DNA of 45,250 bases from Rhizaria sp. SCN 62-66 (Eukaryota), in NCBI GenBank assembly GCA_001724265.1, contig MEDY01000072.1:62001-107250 (forward strand), given 5' to 3'. Below the pieces are notes generated by a model that was not told where the DNA came from, did no database searches, and was given only the letters and a program-made list of their open reading frames with translations. Below are positions 1 through 11,000 of the stretch, piece by piece (the first letter of the stretch is position 1; each line of letters begins with the position of its first letter). Both the position numbers and the translations under genes were made by a program.

Positions 1-1467
1 CTTGCTCGGCGATGACAGCGCAGGTGAGAGCGCCGCGGGGTCCGCACCGGCCGCGCCAGCCGCGGCGGCGGAGGCGGCGGCGGCGGCGGCGGAGGCCTTG
101 GCACGAAGGGCCTTGACCTTGTCCTCGGCGCTGGGACCCTTCTGACTGGCCTTGGTCTTGGCGCTCGGGCTCTTGCCAAATGCGTCATCGTCATTGTCAT
201 CATCGCTACCATCGTCGTCGTCGCGAGCCCCGGCGGCGTCGGCGTCGTCGTCATCGTTGTCGTCGCCGGCGCGGGCGGCGTCCTCGGTGGGCGGAGCCGG
301 GTGGCGGCGCTCGGCGTCGAGGCACACGGCGACCTCCTGCTCCGTGAGCTGATAGCCGCAGGCCAAGCAGCGCCAGTCCTCGGTCTGCAGCCCCAGTCCG
401 CGCGGCGCCACGATGCCACCGTCGCACTTGCCCGCGCCAGCGCCGAGACCCAGCGGGGAACCCAGGCCGGCCGCGGGGGCGTTGGATCCGGCGGCGGGCT
501 CGGGCTCGGGGAGGCCGAGGTGCGCGCGGACGGAGCGCGGGCAGTGGAACGAGCGGCACCGGTCTGGCTGCGTGCCGGAACATGCGGGACACGCGCACTG
601 GAAACCCTGCGTGCGCTGCAGCGCAGCCTGGCGCTCCGCCGTGGGCGTGTAGAAAGCGGGCGAAAAGTCGATGGTGAGTGCGTCGCCGGCCGCGATAGGC
701 CGCATAGCGACGACGTAGATGCGGTCGCGCTCAGTGACGAAGTTGCAGTTGGGCAGACACGAGTGCGGCACGAGCGACGCGTAGAGGAACAGACCGGAGC
801 CGCCGACGTCCTCCAGCTCGTGCGAGCAGCGGTTCAGAATCGACAGCACGCGCGCGATCGCGGCGTCGTCCAGCGCGGCCGGGAACGCACCCGCGGCGCG
901 GACGACGGCGCGCCGCCGCAGCGCCTGCACCGCGGCCAAGCATTGGGCGAAGTTGGGGGCCTGGCGACCCTGGTCCAATGACAGCAGCAGCTGCAGCGGC
1001 TCCGTGACGGCCACGTCGGGGTCCGCGAACATGCGCAGCACGCGCAGCAGCGTGCGCGCGCGGTCGATTTCGCCGACGGCGCGCTCCTCGGTCATTGACT
1101 CCTCGAGCTGTGCCACGTTCGCCCAGAAGGCCTTGGGGTAGCGCGCGCGCACGCGCTCGCACTGGGACGCCTTGTGCGGCTCCATGCACTCGAAGCAGTG
1201 GAAGTCGTGCCAGGAAGCCGCCACGAAGGCCTTCTCCTTGAAGATGACGTCTCCGGGCTCGATGGCGGCCGTGGCGATGAGGTGCGCGCCATACTGCTCG
1301 TTGCGGGCGATCTTGCACGCGGGCGCGTCGGACTCATCGTGCACCGACGTGTCAAACTGCTGCTGCTCGAACGACGCGACATCGTCCATCATGTGCCGGC
1401 GCTGGTCCGCGGCAGACGCGCTGCCGTCGAAGGCGTCGGCGCCCATCGGCAGCGAAGACGAAGACAT
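1..1467 (-). CDS. SET-domain (SMYD-like) protein, 3'-partial (continues past window start)
   Basis: Absent from the ORF track because no stop falls inside the window. Manual translation from ATG at 1467: MSSSSLPMG...YGAHLIATAAIEPGDVIFKEKAF (SET-N)...CFECMEPH...GLFLYASLVPHSCLPNC...VAMRPIAAGDALTIDF (SET-C)...GFQCACPAC (post-SET)...FHCP...WRCLACG, then an acidic and Ala-rich tail. Confidence 0.85.
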   Translation of the reverse strand, partial: MSSSSLPMGADAFDGSASAADQRRHMMDDVASFEQQQFDTSVHDESDAPACKIARNEQYGAHLIATAAIEPGDVIFKEKAFVAASWHDFHCFECMEPHKASQCERVRARYPKAFWANVAQLEESMTEERAVGEIDRARTLLRVLRMFADPDVAVTEPLQLLLSLDQGRQAPNFAQCLAAVQALRRRAVVRAAGAFPAALDDAAIARVLSILNRCSHELEDVGGSGLFLYASLVPHSCLPNCNFVTERDRIYVVAMRPIAAGDALTIDFSPAFYTPTAERQAALQRTQGFQCACPACSGTQPDRCRSFHCPRSVRAHLGLPEPEPAAGSNAPAAGLGSPLGLGAGAGKCDGGIVAPRGLGLQTEDWRCLACGYQLTEQEVAVCLDAERRHPAPPTEDAARAGDDNDDDDADAAGARDDDDGSDDDNDDDAFGKSPSAKTKASQKGPSAEDKVKALRAKASAAAAAASAAAAGAAGADPAALSPALSSPSK

Positions 1468-1904
1468 CCTCTTGGTTCTCGTGGGGGAGAGCTTGCGGAC
1501 CTGTTTGCGGATAATAGAGAATACAACGTGTAGATTCAATTGTAAGAAATGTAAAAATGTGGACGTATTTAAATTCTTCTATATAATTCTGTGTCAAGTG
1601 GAAAGCAAAATCTGACGATGTCTTGGATGTAAATGACAAGCTCAAACACCTCGCAACCTCGTTTCATCGGAGCTCATCTCGGCTCAGACTCGACGTCTCT
1701 TGAAAAAGCAGCAACGAACGCATATTTCGCTCAAATTAAGATTCTAAGAGAAAATAACGGAGATAGCTATGTATTGCAGAGAGTTTAAGTATATCACAGT
1801 GGTATAAATCCACCACGGCCAGATTGTGACCACTTCAAGATCGAAACAAAGAGTCTGGACACATTGTGCACAGGAAACTGTTCAACTGTGGTTGGATGTC
1901 ATAC

Positions 1905-3146
1905 TCAGCGGTCGGCCCGGAGCGCCTTGGAGAACTCCTCCTCTGTGAACTGCAGCGTGCGCGCGGCCTCTAGGTGCAGAATCTGCTTCTTGAGCACGTC
2001 GATGAGCCGGAACTGTTTCTTGAACGCCAGCAGCAATTCGTTCCTCTGTTGCAGCAGCCGCTTCGCCTCGGCGCTCGCGCGCGCGGCCTCGGAGCGCCCC
2101 GCCGTGGCGGCTCCGCGCTCGCCGTCGCGCACCTGCGCCAGCTTCTCCTTGCTGCGCTCGGCGTCCTGCAGCGCGCGCCCCAGCCGCGCCTCCTTGGCCT
2201 TGCCGGCGGCCTCGAGCTCCGCGCGCGCGCGCTCGGCGCGCTCTGCCTCGCGCTTGAACGCGGCCACCGACCGCTCCAGCGCCGTCGCGCGCGCCACGGC
2301 GTCGGCGGCCACGGCGCGCTGCTTCTCCGCCAGCGCCTCGGCCACGGCGGCGCGTTTGGCCGCGGCGGCGACGTCGTCGGCGGCCGTCTTGGCCTTGGCG
2401 GCCGCGGCAGCAAGCGCGCGATCGCGATCGAGCAGCTGGCCGGACAGCTTGTCCAGCGCGTCCTGCAGCGCAGCCGCCTTAGCCTTGTGGAAACGCAGCG
2501 CCGCGGCCACGCCCATGCCCTCGGTCGCGGCGTCCTCAACCCCGCTCACGGTCACTTGGGGGCCAGCGCCGGAGCCAGAGGCTGCGCTGCTGCTGCCGTT
2601 GACGCCTGCGCCGGCAGAGCTCGTGCGGGGATTGCTAGAGCCGGCGGCGCTGTTGGCGCGAGCGATGAGGCTGGCGAGCGCGCCGCTGCCAGCGCTAGCG
2701 CCTGTGTTGTTCGTGTTGTTGTTGTTGCTGTTGTAGGCACTGTCAGCGTCGGCGTCGGCTTCAGCGAGCGCCTGCATAGCGCGCGCGTAGACGTCGTTGT
2801 CGTCGTCATCTTCGTCGCCAGCGCCGTAAAGGCCAACATCGTCGTCGCCGCCAGAAGCGCGGCTGCCGGGGGGCGGGAGACGAGAAGAGCCGGCGGCAGC
2901 GCGGCGGGCAGACTCGATGGCGGCCTGCGCAGAGGCAGAGACAGAAGGAGCTCCAGCGCCAGAGCTGGCGCCAGCGCGGGAGGGGTAGGAGAATGACTGG
3001 TCGAGACGCTGGCGGTTCTGTCGAGCGGCTTCTTCGGAGCGGCGCAGAGTATCCTGGCTCTGCGCGTTGAGCTGCTCGTCGCGGCGACGGAGCTCCTCTT
3101 CCATCGCGAGAAGGTCAGATAGACCGCTGCGAACGGAAGGGTTCAT
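1905..3146 (-). CDS. TEX9: TEX9-like coiled-coil protein
   Basis: C-terminus QRNELLLAFKKQFRLIDVLKKQILHLEAARTLQFTEEEFSKAL matches the conserved TEX9-family C-terminus as I recall it, preceded by a long coiled coil. Likely ATG at 3146 (MNPSVRSG); stop TGA. Confidence 0.75.
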   Translation of the reverse strand: MNPSVRSGLSDLLAMEEELRRRDEQLNAQSQDTLRRSEEAARQNRQRLDQSFSYPSRAGASSGAGAPSVSASAQAAIESARRAAAGSSRLPPPGSRASGGDDDVGLYGAGDEDDDDNDVYARAMQALAEADADADSAYNSNNNNTNNTGASAGSGALASLIARANSAAGSSNPRTSSAGAGVNGSSSAASGSGAGPQVTVSGVEDAATEGMGVAAALRFHKAKAAALQDALDKLSGQLLDRDRALAAAAAKAKTAADDVAAAAKRAAVAEALAEKQRAVAADAVARATALERSVAAFKREAERAERARAELEAAGKAKEARLGRALQDAERSKEKLAQVRDGERGAATAGRSEAARASAEAKRLLQQRNELLLAFKKQFRLIDVLKKQILHLEAARTLQFTEEEFSKALRADR

Positions 3147-3768
3147 TTGTGTCTGAAACAAGGGCGAATAGCAAAGCGACACAGAGCCAACGGTCAAATG
3201 AGACAGGGGAAACCCGAGTAGGATTTGGAATCAGAACAGTGCACGTAATGCATGTAAGGAAACCACATAGTAAATCCATCGCATATATATCGCATATATA
3301 GCTCTCCCATGTATGGTCGGTCGTTGTAAGGCAGGCGATGATGAGATAGAGAGTGTGCTTTGAACGTCCTCGAGCTTTTTTGCGAACCGAAACTACGAAC
3401 AGGAACTATTTATTTGTGGTCGGCCAAGGAAGGGTGATATGGTGGTCATCTTGCGACATGCCTCGTGCTAGAACCCAGCGAATTTCGTTGATCTAACAAT
3501 AGCATGAACGTACGTTTTTATCTTTTTTTCTTAATTCTAATTTCCATATCTCGCGAAAGCTCCTTTTTCATGACGTGCGCGCTCTGGCACATCGCATGAC
3601 TCATCTCTCTGCTTACTTGCTCCGCTCTGCTTCACAATCGTCCGCCCGTCTCCTCCACTTGCACAACGTCCCGGCACTTCATATCACTCATCATATTACC
3701 GTTTTGTTTGTCTTTTTTCTGCCAACCGCCCGTGCTCTGCCTCATTATTTCCACATCGCAATCGGTTC

Positions 3769-4305
3769 ATGGCCTCCCTCCTACAAACCGCATTTGCTTT
3801 GTCATCTGGCCACGTACAGAAGTTTGCTCTGCTCGCGATCCTCGTCGCCCTGATCGGCATGATCTCCTTCACGACAGCCGAGACCGACTACGCGAAGTAC
3901 AACACGCGTGTCGGCGCTCAGTTCCTCGAGGCCAAGGCCGCCGAGGCGGGCGTCGTGGCCACCGGCACGGGCCTGCTCTACAAGGTCCTCACCAAGGGCT
4001 CCGGCACCAAGTTCCCCTCCAAGAGCGACACCGTCAAGGTCCACTACCGCGGCACGCTCATCAACGGCAAGGAGTTTGACTCGTCGTACAAGCGCAACTC
4101 GCCCGCCTCGTTCGGCGTGACGCAGGTCATCGCGGGCTGGACCGAGGCGCTCCAGCTCATGACTGTCGGCACCAAGCTCGAGCTCTACATCCCCTCCGAA
4201 CTCGGCTATGGCGCGCGCGGCGCCGGCCGCGACATCGGCCCCAACGCCACGCTCGTCTTCGAGGTCGAGCTGCTCGAGATCGTCGGCTCCAAGGACGACC
4301 TCTAA
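3769..4305 (+). CDS. FKBP-type peptidyl-prolyl isomerase, Mip/FklB-like, with N-terminal hydrophobic segment and KDDL C-terminus
   Basis: GLLYKVLTKGSG...VKVHYRGTLINGKEFDSSYKR...F.VTQVIAGWTEALQLM..G.K.ELYIPSELGYG.RG....IGPNATLVFEVELL is the canonical FKBP domain; stop TAA. Confidence 0.95.
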   Translation: MASLLQTAFALSSGHVQKFALLAILVALIGMISFTTAETDYAKYNTRVGAQFLEAKAAEAGVVATGTGLLYKVLTKGSGTKFPSKSDTVKVHYRGTLINGKEFDSSYKRNSPASFGVTQVIAGWTEALQLMTVGTKLELYIPSELGYGARGAGRDIGPNATLVFEVELLEIVGSKDDL

Positions 4306-4690
4306 GCGAACCGGCGAACACAACACGCGAGTAATGTAACGCTACGCGGTGAACACCGTGAGCTCTCGAATTGAGAAAGCGTAACAACGCTTATGATTGA
4401 CAGACAGCTTGCTTTGTTTGATAGAAACAAGATGCGTTGGAGATTTCGTGTGATAATACAGCTGTGACGCGTTTTTGCTCTGACCTACGAGGATGCTCGA
4501 TAATCAACTCTTTGTATTCTCTCAACGTTACGATCACAGTATTCGTAACTACTAAAACTACATAACATGTTTACAGTTTAAAAAACTCTCAATATTGCCG
4601 TAGTAAGCCTCAACTATCTCTTCGTAAAGCTTTTAACTCGACAGATATCATACTCTTAATTGCACCTCACGCTTACGCTTACTTGATTGC

Positions 4691-5422
4691 TTACTTGTAC
4701 ATGACGCGGGCGTGCGCGACATAGAAGATCTTGTTGGCGTCTTCCGCAAAGGTAACGCCGAGGGGCCCCCACTCGCAGTCTGCGCAGGTGAGGTATCGGT
4801 AGTTGCACTGCCCCACGGGCTGCTTGACGCCGATGTTCTCAAAGCTCATCTTGCCAGTCACCTTGAAGAGGTCCCCGTAGATCTCGCCCTCGGTGGCCGA
4901 GGCGGCGCGCGGGTACGCCAAGAAGGCCTCGCGCGCCGACAGCTCAGCCGCGCCGGGCAGCAGGATGGTCGAGCGGCGGCAGTGCGCGCAGACGATCTTG
5001 CGCGTGTTCTTCTTGGTGACGGCGTGGGCGGCCACGGCGCCGTGGTTGCGCCACAGCCCGTCCTTGCCGTCGTCCACGCGCGCGGGCTCATCCGCCGCGG
5101 GCGCCGCGGGGGATGCCTCATCGTCCGCAAAGCGACCGCCCAACCCCGCGGCGATGGCGGCCAGGCCATCGTGCGGCGCGGGGGCAGCGCCCGCGCTCGA
5201 GTTGGAGTTCGAGCTGCTGTTGTTCCCGCCGCTGCCGAGCTGCATGAGGAGGCGCTGGAGGAGCTCGGGGGGAATCTGACTCGCAACGGGGTCGCCGTCC
5301 TCGTCAAGTTGGTCCGCGGGCAGCGGCGCGGGCGCGGTGGGGGGAGCGGCGGCCGTGCAAGTGATGATCTCGCCGTCGACGTGGTCTTCGACGGGCGTTT
5401 GTGGCTGGTTCGCGTCAGACAT
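4691..5422 (-). CDS. RABIF: Mss4/RABIF family Rab-interacting protein with long N-terminal extension
   Basis: KNTRKIVCAHC...ILLPG...FKVTGKMSFENIGV...YLTCADCEWGPLG...FYVAHARV: two CxxC Zn pairs plus FENxG and CADCExGPxG motifs of Mss4/Dss4. Likely ATG 5422; stop TAA. Confidence 0.9.
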   Translation of the reverse strand: MSDANQPQTPVEDHVDGEIITCTAAAPPTAPAPLPADQLDEDGDPVASQIPPELLQRLLMQLGSGGNNSSSNSNSSAGAAPAPHDGLAAIAAGLGGRFADDEASPAAPAADEPARVDDGKDGLWRNHGAVAAHAVTKKNTRKIVCAHCRRSTILLPGAAELSAREAFLAYPRAASATEGEIYGDLFKVTGKMSFENIGVKQPVGQCNYRYLTCADCEWGPLGVTFAEDANKIFYVAHARVMYK

Positions 5423-5864
5423 CGGAAAGTCTAGATAGACGGGAATGCAAAGTGAAATTGATTGACGAATGAGAAGATGTGACAATAATATACACGAAGA
5501 TGTGTGTCAAGTGCTATACAACGGATCATAACGCGAGTTAGACGAGTGTTTTGATGCGACCTCGATAGCCGACTGATGAACCGACCGCGAGTCCCACGGT
5601 CCTCGCCAAGAGACAAGATAGCCATTGCGGCCAGAAGATTTCAAGCTCTGGACCGATGCTATCCATCATTGCTTTTGACTGCTGGATAAACCCGTAATTG
5701 AAAATTGTGAGATCTTTCTGTCTATTTGATTAGAATGTGTGATATTTGTGTTTCCCTCTCATATCAGAAGATAACGATCCCCCTTGGTCCTCCCTTGCTG
5801 ACGCACAACCCATCCTTCTCCTTTCGCCCTCTCCCGCGTCCCTCCTGTGCAGTCCAGAACCCCC

Positions 5865-7396
5865 ATGCGGTCGGTATCCCTGAAATCGCTGGCGGTTGTC
5901 GCGCTATCGCTGCTGGGTCTTGTCTTGGCGTCGACGCGCACGTCCGCCGCCCCGCGCACGCTGGTGCTGCTCGACGACAACGCCATCCGCAGCACGCACT
6001 CCAACTTCTTCGACGACCTCGCCGCCAACGGCCACCAGCTGTCGTTCGTCAACGTCAAGGAGGAGATGGTCGACCTTAAGGAGCACGACAACTGGCTCGT
6101 CGACAACGTCGTCGTCTTTGCGCCGTCTGCCGAGGACCTGGGCACCCGCACCCGCGTGACGGACCTGGTCGACTTCGTCGACAACGGCGGCTCGCTGCTC
6201 CTCGCCTCGTCCTCCTCGCTCTCCGAGCCGCTGCGCGCGCTGGCGAACCACTTTGGCGTGGACTACGACGAGGACGACTCGCTGCTCTCGGACGCCGCGG
6301 CGACGCTGGCGGCCCCCGCGACTGTGGAGCTGCCCCTGTCCTCCCCCGTCGTCGCCGTGTCCGTCTCGGCCGCGCAGGGCAGCGGCGCCGTCACGGGCGT
6401 CGAGGTCTCCGCCACGGTCGCCTTTGCCGGGCTGGGCCAGATGGTGACCCCTAAGTCGCGCTTCGTCAAGCCCGTGATCGTGGGCAACCCCACGACGGTG
6501 GCGGGCGACCTCACTGGCAGCGACATCTCACTCGTCGCGGCTGTGCAGTCGCTCACCGGTGCGCGCGCTCTCTTCGCCGGCTCGCTCGCGCTCTTCTCCG
6601 ACGCCTTCTACGCTATTAAGGGCGCCGACAACGCCAAGGTCGGCCGCGCGCTCGCCGCCTGGGCTGTCCACGACGCCGCCTACCTCCGCGTCGCCTCCGC
6701 CACCCACCGCCAGGTGCGTCAAATCTCAATTTTGATCGGCATCTCATATTTAATAATCACCTGGCTAAAACTGATATTGTTACATGAAACACTGAGTTTT
6801 AGTTCTAATGTTTTATTTTTAATGCAAAAATCTCATCTCTTCTCCTAAATATGTCTGCTCTTGCTTCGTACCTTGCATAGATCCTTCCCGGCGGCGCACG
6901 CGGCCCCGCTAACCCCAAGAACCACCGCATCAGCGACGAGGTCGAGTTCGAGGCCGTATTGCAGGTCTGGGACGCCTCCGCGCGCGCGTGGGCGCCTTTC
7001 GCGTCCAAGGACAAGGTGCTCTTCGAGCTCACGCTTATCGACCCGTTCATTCGCGCGCCTTTCGCTCTCGCCGACGCCAAGACGGGGCTGTACCGCGCGC
7101 GCCACACCATGCCCGACTCGTTCGGCGTGTACAAGTGGCGCACCACAGTCGACCAGTTCCGCGGCGCCGCGGCCGGCCTGACGTTCATCCAGCATGACGT
7201 AACTGTGCCCGTGCGGCCCTTCGCGCACAACGAGTACCCGCGCTTCCTCCTCGCGGCGTACCCCTACTACGCCTCTGCCGGCGCCGTCATGGCCGCCTTT
7301 GTGCTCTTCTGCGCCGCGTTCCTCCTCACCAAGGACGCGCCTCTCCAGGCCGCCGCCGCCGTCGCCGGAGGCAAGGTCGTCAAGAAGGCCGACTAA
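5865..7396 (+). CDS. DDOST: Oligosaccharyltransferase 48 kDa subunit (OST48/Wbp1); exons 5865-6713 and 6881-7396, 454 aa
   Basis: Signal peptide, RTLVLLDD..IRSTHSNFFDDL, FVDNGGSLL, ARALFAGSLALFSD, IDPFIR, PDSFGVYK, VPVRPFAHNEYPRFL.AAYPYYAS, C-terminal TM and KKAD dilysine tail. Splicing joins the two ORF-track pieces in frame; stop TAA. Confidence 0.95.
6714..6880 (+). other. Spliceosomal intron (167 nt) in OST48
   Basis: GTGCGT...CATAG, AT-rich; removal restores the frame (HRQ|ILPGG). Confidence 0.9.
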
Positions 7397-8091
7397 GTAC
7401 GCTGTGATAACGTGCACTAAGGGAGAGTGGGCTAAGTCAGCCGCGTAATCGGCCACAGATCTGTCGATCACAGTCTGGGGCTTGGATCAATTATTGGCGA
7501 GTCTGTGGAGCAACTAGGAATTAAACCTAGGTGCTCTTATAGGGTCGTGCGTATGGAGCTGTGTTTTGTCACGCCGACAGACCATGGTGGAGCAATGCAC
7601 AATGCTTGTGTGAAGAGTTTAGTTTTTGTATGTTTCTATGTGTTTTTGCTTAAGTGCTGCAGCTGTGACAAACAGATTGGCTAACAGCTACAGCTTTGAC
7701 AACAGTGGCGAGTGCTGTTGTTGTCAATGTCGCAGCAGCAGCATGAGGAAAAGAATGTATTTACAATCAGTCTTATAGTCTTATAGTTGTTAAAATAGTG
7801 TTTAGTGAACCTGAAGCAGAGGTATCATGTTGAATACATTGTTGATTTATCAGGAACCTGTGTTGTTGTTTTTCCTCGTAACTTAAAAACAATCAACAAC
7901 ATCAGCGTCAAGTTTCATGTTCTGTGTGGACGATGAAGCTGAGGGGAAAGTAATATACATGTGCTAGTAATGTGATTTGAATGATTCAATCAAGAATAAA
8001 TGTATTTTTTAACCGTCTTTTGACGTAAACTATTGTAACAATCGATTATATGTAAGCTTAACTAAGAGATAATACAAGAATAGAAGTGTCT

Positions 8092-11000
8092 TCACATGAA
8101 CTCGTCGTCGCCCTGCTGCGTATCTGCCTCAGCTGCAGCAGTCGCTCTGGGAGAAACAGTCGGGTGCTGCTGTTGTAGCGGCGGCAGCTGCTGTTGCAGC
8201 CACTGCTTCACCACGTCCGGCACAACCAGCACCGTTGGCACCCCACCGGCTCTCTCCGCGGCCGCGCGAGCAAGCGCCAGGCGCTCCGCGACGGCCGTGG
8301 AGCCGCGCAGCGACGCGTCCGCGACGAGCTGCCGCCGCTCTGGCCGCGACGCCGCCGGCCGAGCCGCCGCCGCCACCATCGCGGCCGGCGCGCCCTTGCC
8401 GAGCGCGCCGCCGATCGTCGCGCCGGCCGCGGTCTGCTGCAGCGGCACGCCGCGCGCGTTGAGCGCGGTCCCACCCAGCGCCACGGCGGTGGCGTCGGCC
8501 GCAGCAGTCGCGGATCCCGCGGCGGCACGCGCGTTAACGCCCGGCGCAAGGGCGACCGGTGCGACACCGCTGGTCAATAACGCGGCCGCCTGGCCCAGCG
8601 TCGTAGGCGCGAGCACGCGGCCGTGGCGCAGGGACAGGTCCAGGCGCCGCGCGTCGCCCGCGCCGCGCCGCACGCGCGCGCCGGGCCCGGCGGCTGTGGC
8701 GGCGCGCGCCGAGGCGGAACCCATGGCAAGAAACATCGAGGGCGCGGCGGGGGCGGCGGCGTGAGGAGCCCAGTCCACGGCATCCTGTGAGCCCGCGTGT
8801 GCGTTGGGCACGGTTGAGAAGAGCAGCAGCGGCGGGGGCTGGCGAAACGGAAGCTGCTGCTGCGCAAGAGAAGACGCTGTCGCGCGGGAATGTCCTGCCG
8901 CGTGTGTTTGAGCCTGTGGGGGCATGTGTGCCTGCGAGAGTGCATGTGAACGCGCAGACTGAGAGCTCCAGCCACGCGCAGAGTCGTCGACGTTGTAGCC
9001 GCCGACACCGACGGCGGCGCCAGAGCCATAGTCCTGGGCGTGAGCATGCAACAGGCTCTGAGACTGCATCTGTGATGTGGTCTGGTAGGTGTTCTGTGGG
9101 GCGAAATACTGCGCGTTGCCGTCAGCGTCGCGCGGACTCAGTGGCAGCACGTGTGCGTTGTAAGCACCGTAAGCAGCGCCAGCAGTATAGGGCCGGGACT
9201 CGGCGCCGTCGGGCAGCTCGGGGCTCGCCGTCACACTGCCGCCGACGCTGGCCGGCATCACAGTCACCGCTGCCGCCACAGACTCAGGATCGGTGGTCTT
9301 GTTGACGGCCCCTTCCTGGTCGTAAGTGGGTGCAGAGCGCGTGAACACGCGCGGGGCGGCGCGGCCAGTCTGAGCTCGCGCAAACGACAGAGCGCGCGCA
9401 CGAGCGGCCGCAACGCCTGGAGCCGCGTTGCTGACAACACGAGCAGTCGAAGCACCTGTGGGCGCGGAGGCGTGGGTCGTCAAGAGCGCAGCAGTGGCGC
9501 GCGCGCTGTCGGGTGCGAACGCGGCACCAAGCGATGCCGCAACTGCCAACGGCGCTCGCTGCCGCTCTGTCGCAATATGGCCGGTTGATGCCGCCACTGC
9601 CGCACTCCTCGCACCGCCCGAGGCCGCGGATGAAGGCATGACGCGGCCCGAGGCCATCGCGGTCGAGTACGTCGAGCTGCGAGCTGTGCCGGCACTACTC
9701 GCGCTCGCACCGCCGGGCAAAGGGACTGGAAGACCGGTCAGTGCGGTGTACACATCGGGCCGCGGCAAGTTGCCCAGACCTTGGAAGTGGTGCTCAAACC
9801 GGCCGCGCGCGCGGGGCGTGATGGCGACACGGCTCCAGTCGCGCTTGGTCGCAGTTGCACTCGCGGCCGCCGATCGCGCCGACTCGGCCTCGACCGCCTC
9901 AGCGGCAGCCGCGGTGTCGGCCGGCGCCTGCGCAGAGTAGGCCGGCAGCTGCGGCAGCTCCGCAGGCGGCGGGCCGCGGCGGCGCGAGGGCCGGCCGCTG
10001 CCGTTGTTCTCAGTCAGCGCCGCCGCTGCTGCTGCCGCGGCCATGATCGCTGCAGAAGGCCCAGCGAGCTCATGGAGCGCTGCAAAGCTCTCACGCATGG
10101 TGGCTGCGGTCGTAGCGCCCGCGCCGGGGACAGGGGAAAGAACACGCGCGCCATCCGAACGGAGTGAGTGCACAAAGCGCCCGCCCTCGTCGCCACTCAC
10201 GTAGCCGCCGGCTGCGGTGCCGGGACGCGACGGGGATGCTGAGGCAGCGAGCGCGGCAGTTGCTGATGCGGGCGCGCGCGGGACAGCGGCGATGGACGGC
10301 GCAGTGATCGTGGCGCGCGCGGCGATAATCGCAGCCGCAGCGGCGTGCGCGGGCCGCGCGTGGCGGAGGCCAAGCACGCCGCCGAGGCCGCTGCCACCGC
10401 CGGCACTATTGCCGCCAAGCCACGACTTGAGGGCGCTGTCACCAGCGCCGTCGCCAGCGCGCGCGCCGAACGACACCGTCGCCAGATGCGCGCCGCCGGG
10501 GCCAGTGCCGGGACCAGCGCCCGGAGCACCGCTGGCCCCGACTGAATACGGACTGGAGCTCAAAGTGCCAGTGGGGCGCTGCGGAGGCTCAATGCGAGCG
10601 GCGAATGCCGTGGACACAATGAGCGCGTCAGCAGCGGCCTCAGCAGCAGCGGCGGCGGCACCGGCGGCGGCGGCGCGCGCGCACGCAGCGGGTGCTGTTG
10701 CGGCAAAGCGCGCGCGCGTTGGCTCGAGCGAGCCCAGCGAACGCGCGGGCGGCGGCGGCGGTGGCAGTGCGCCGACGGCGAGATACAGCAAATCGCTCTC
10801 AACAACGGCGGCATCAGAATCGCCAGCTCCCGTCGCCGCGGCCTCAGCGGCGCGGGCCACGCGCATAAGGCTGCGGTTCGCAGTCTTGAGCAGTGCCTGA
10901 GACGCTGTTGCGCCAGCACTTGCAGCGGTGGCCGGTGTCGCGATAACGCCGCCCTCAACGGGGCCGGTCGCGGAATCGGCCTCAGACGTCGCAGCGGCAG

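Noticed and set aside
301-1533. ORF-track calls such as 301..981 + and 731..1318 -
   Set aside because: The real gene is the unlisted minus-strand frame 1467->1 with SET motifs.
3769-7396. Functional cluster of secretory-pathway genes (FKBP, Mss4, OST48)
   Set aside because: Three common housekeeping genes side by side can be chance; no shared regulatory signal seen.
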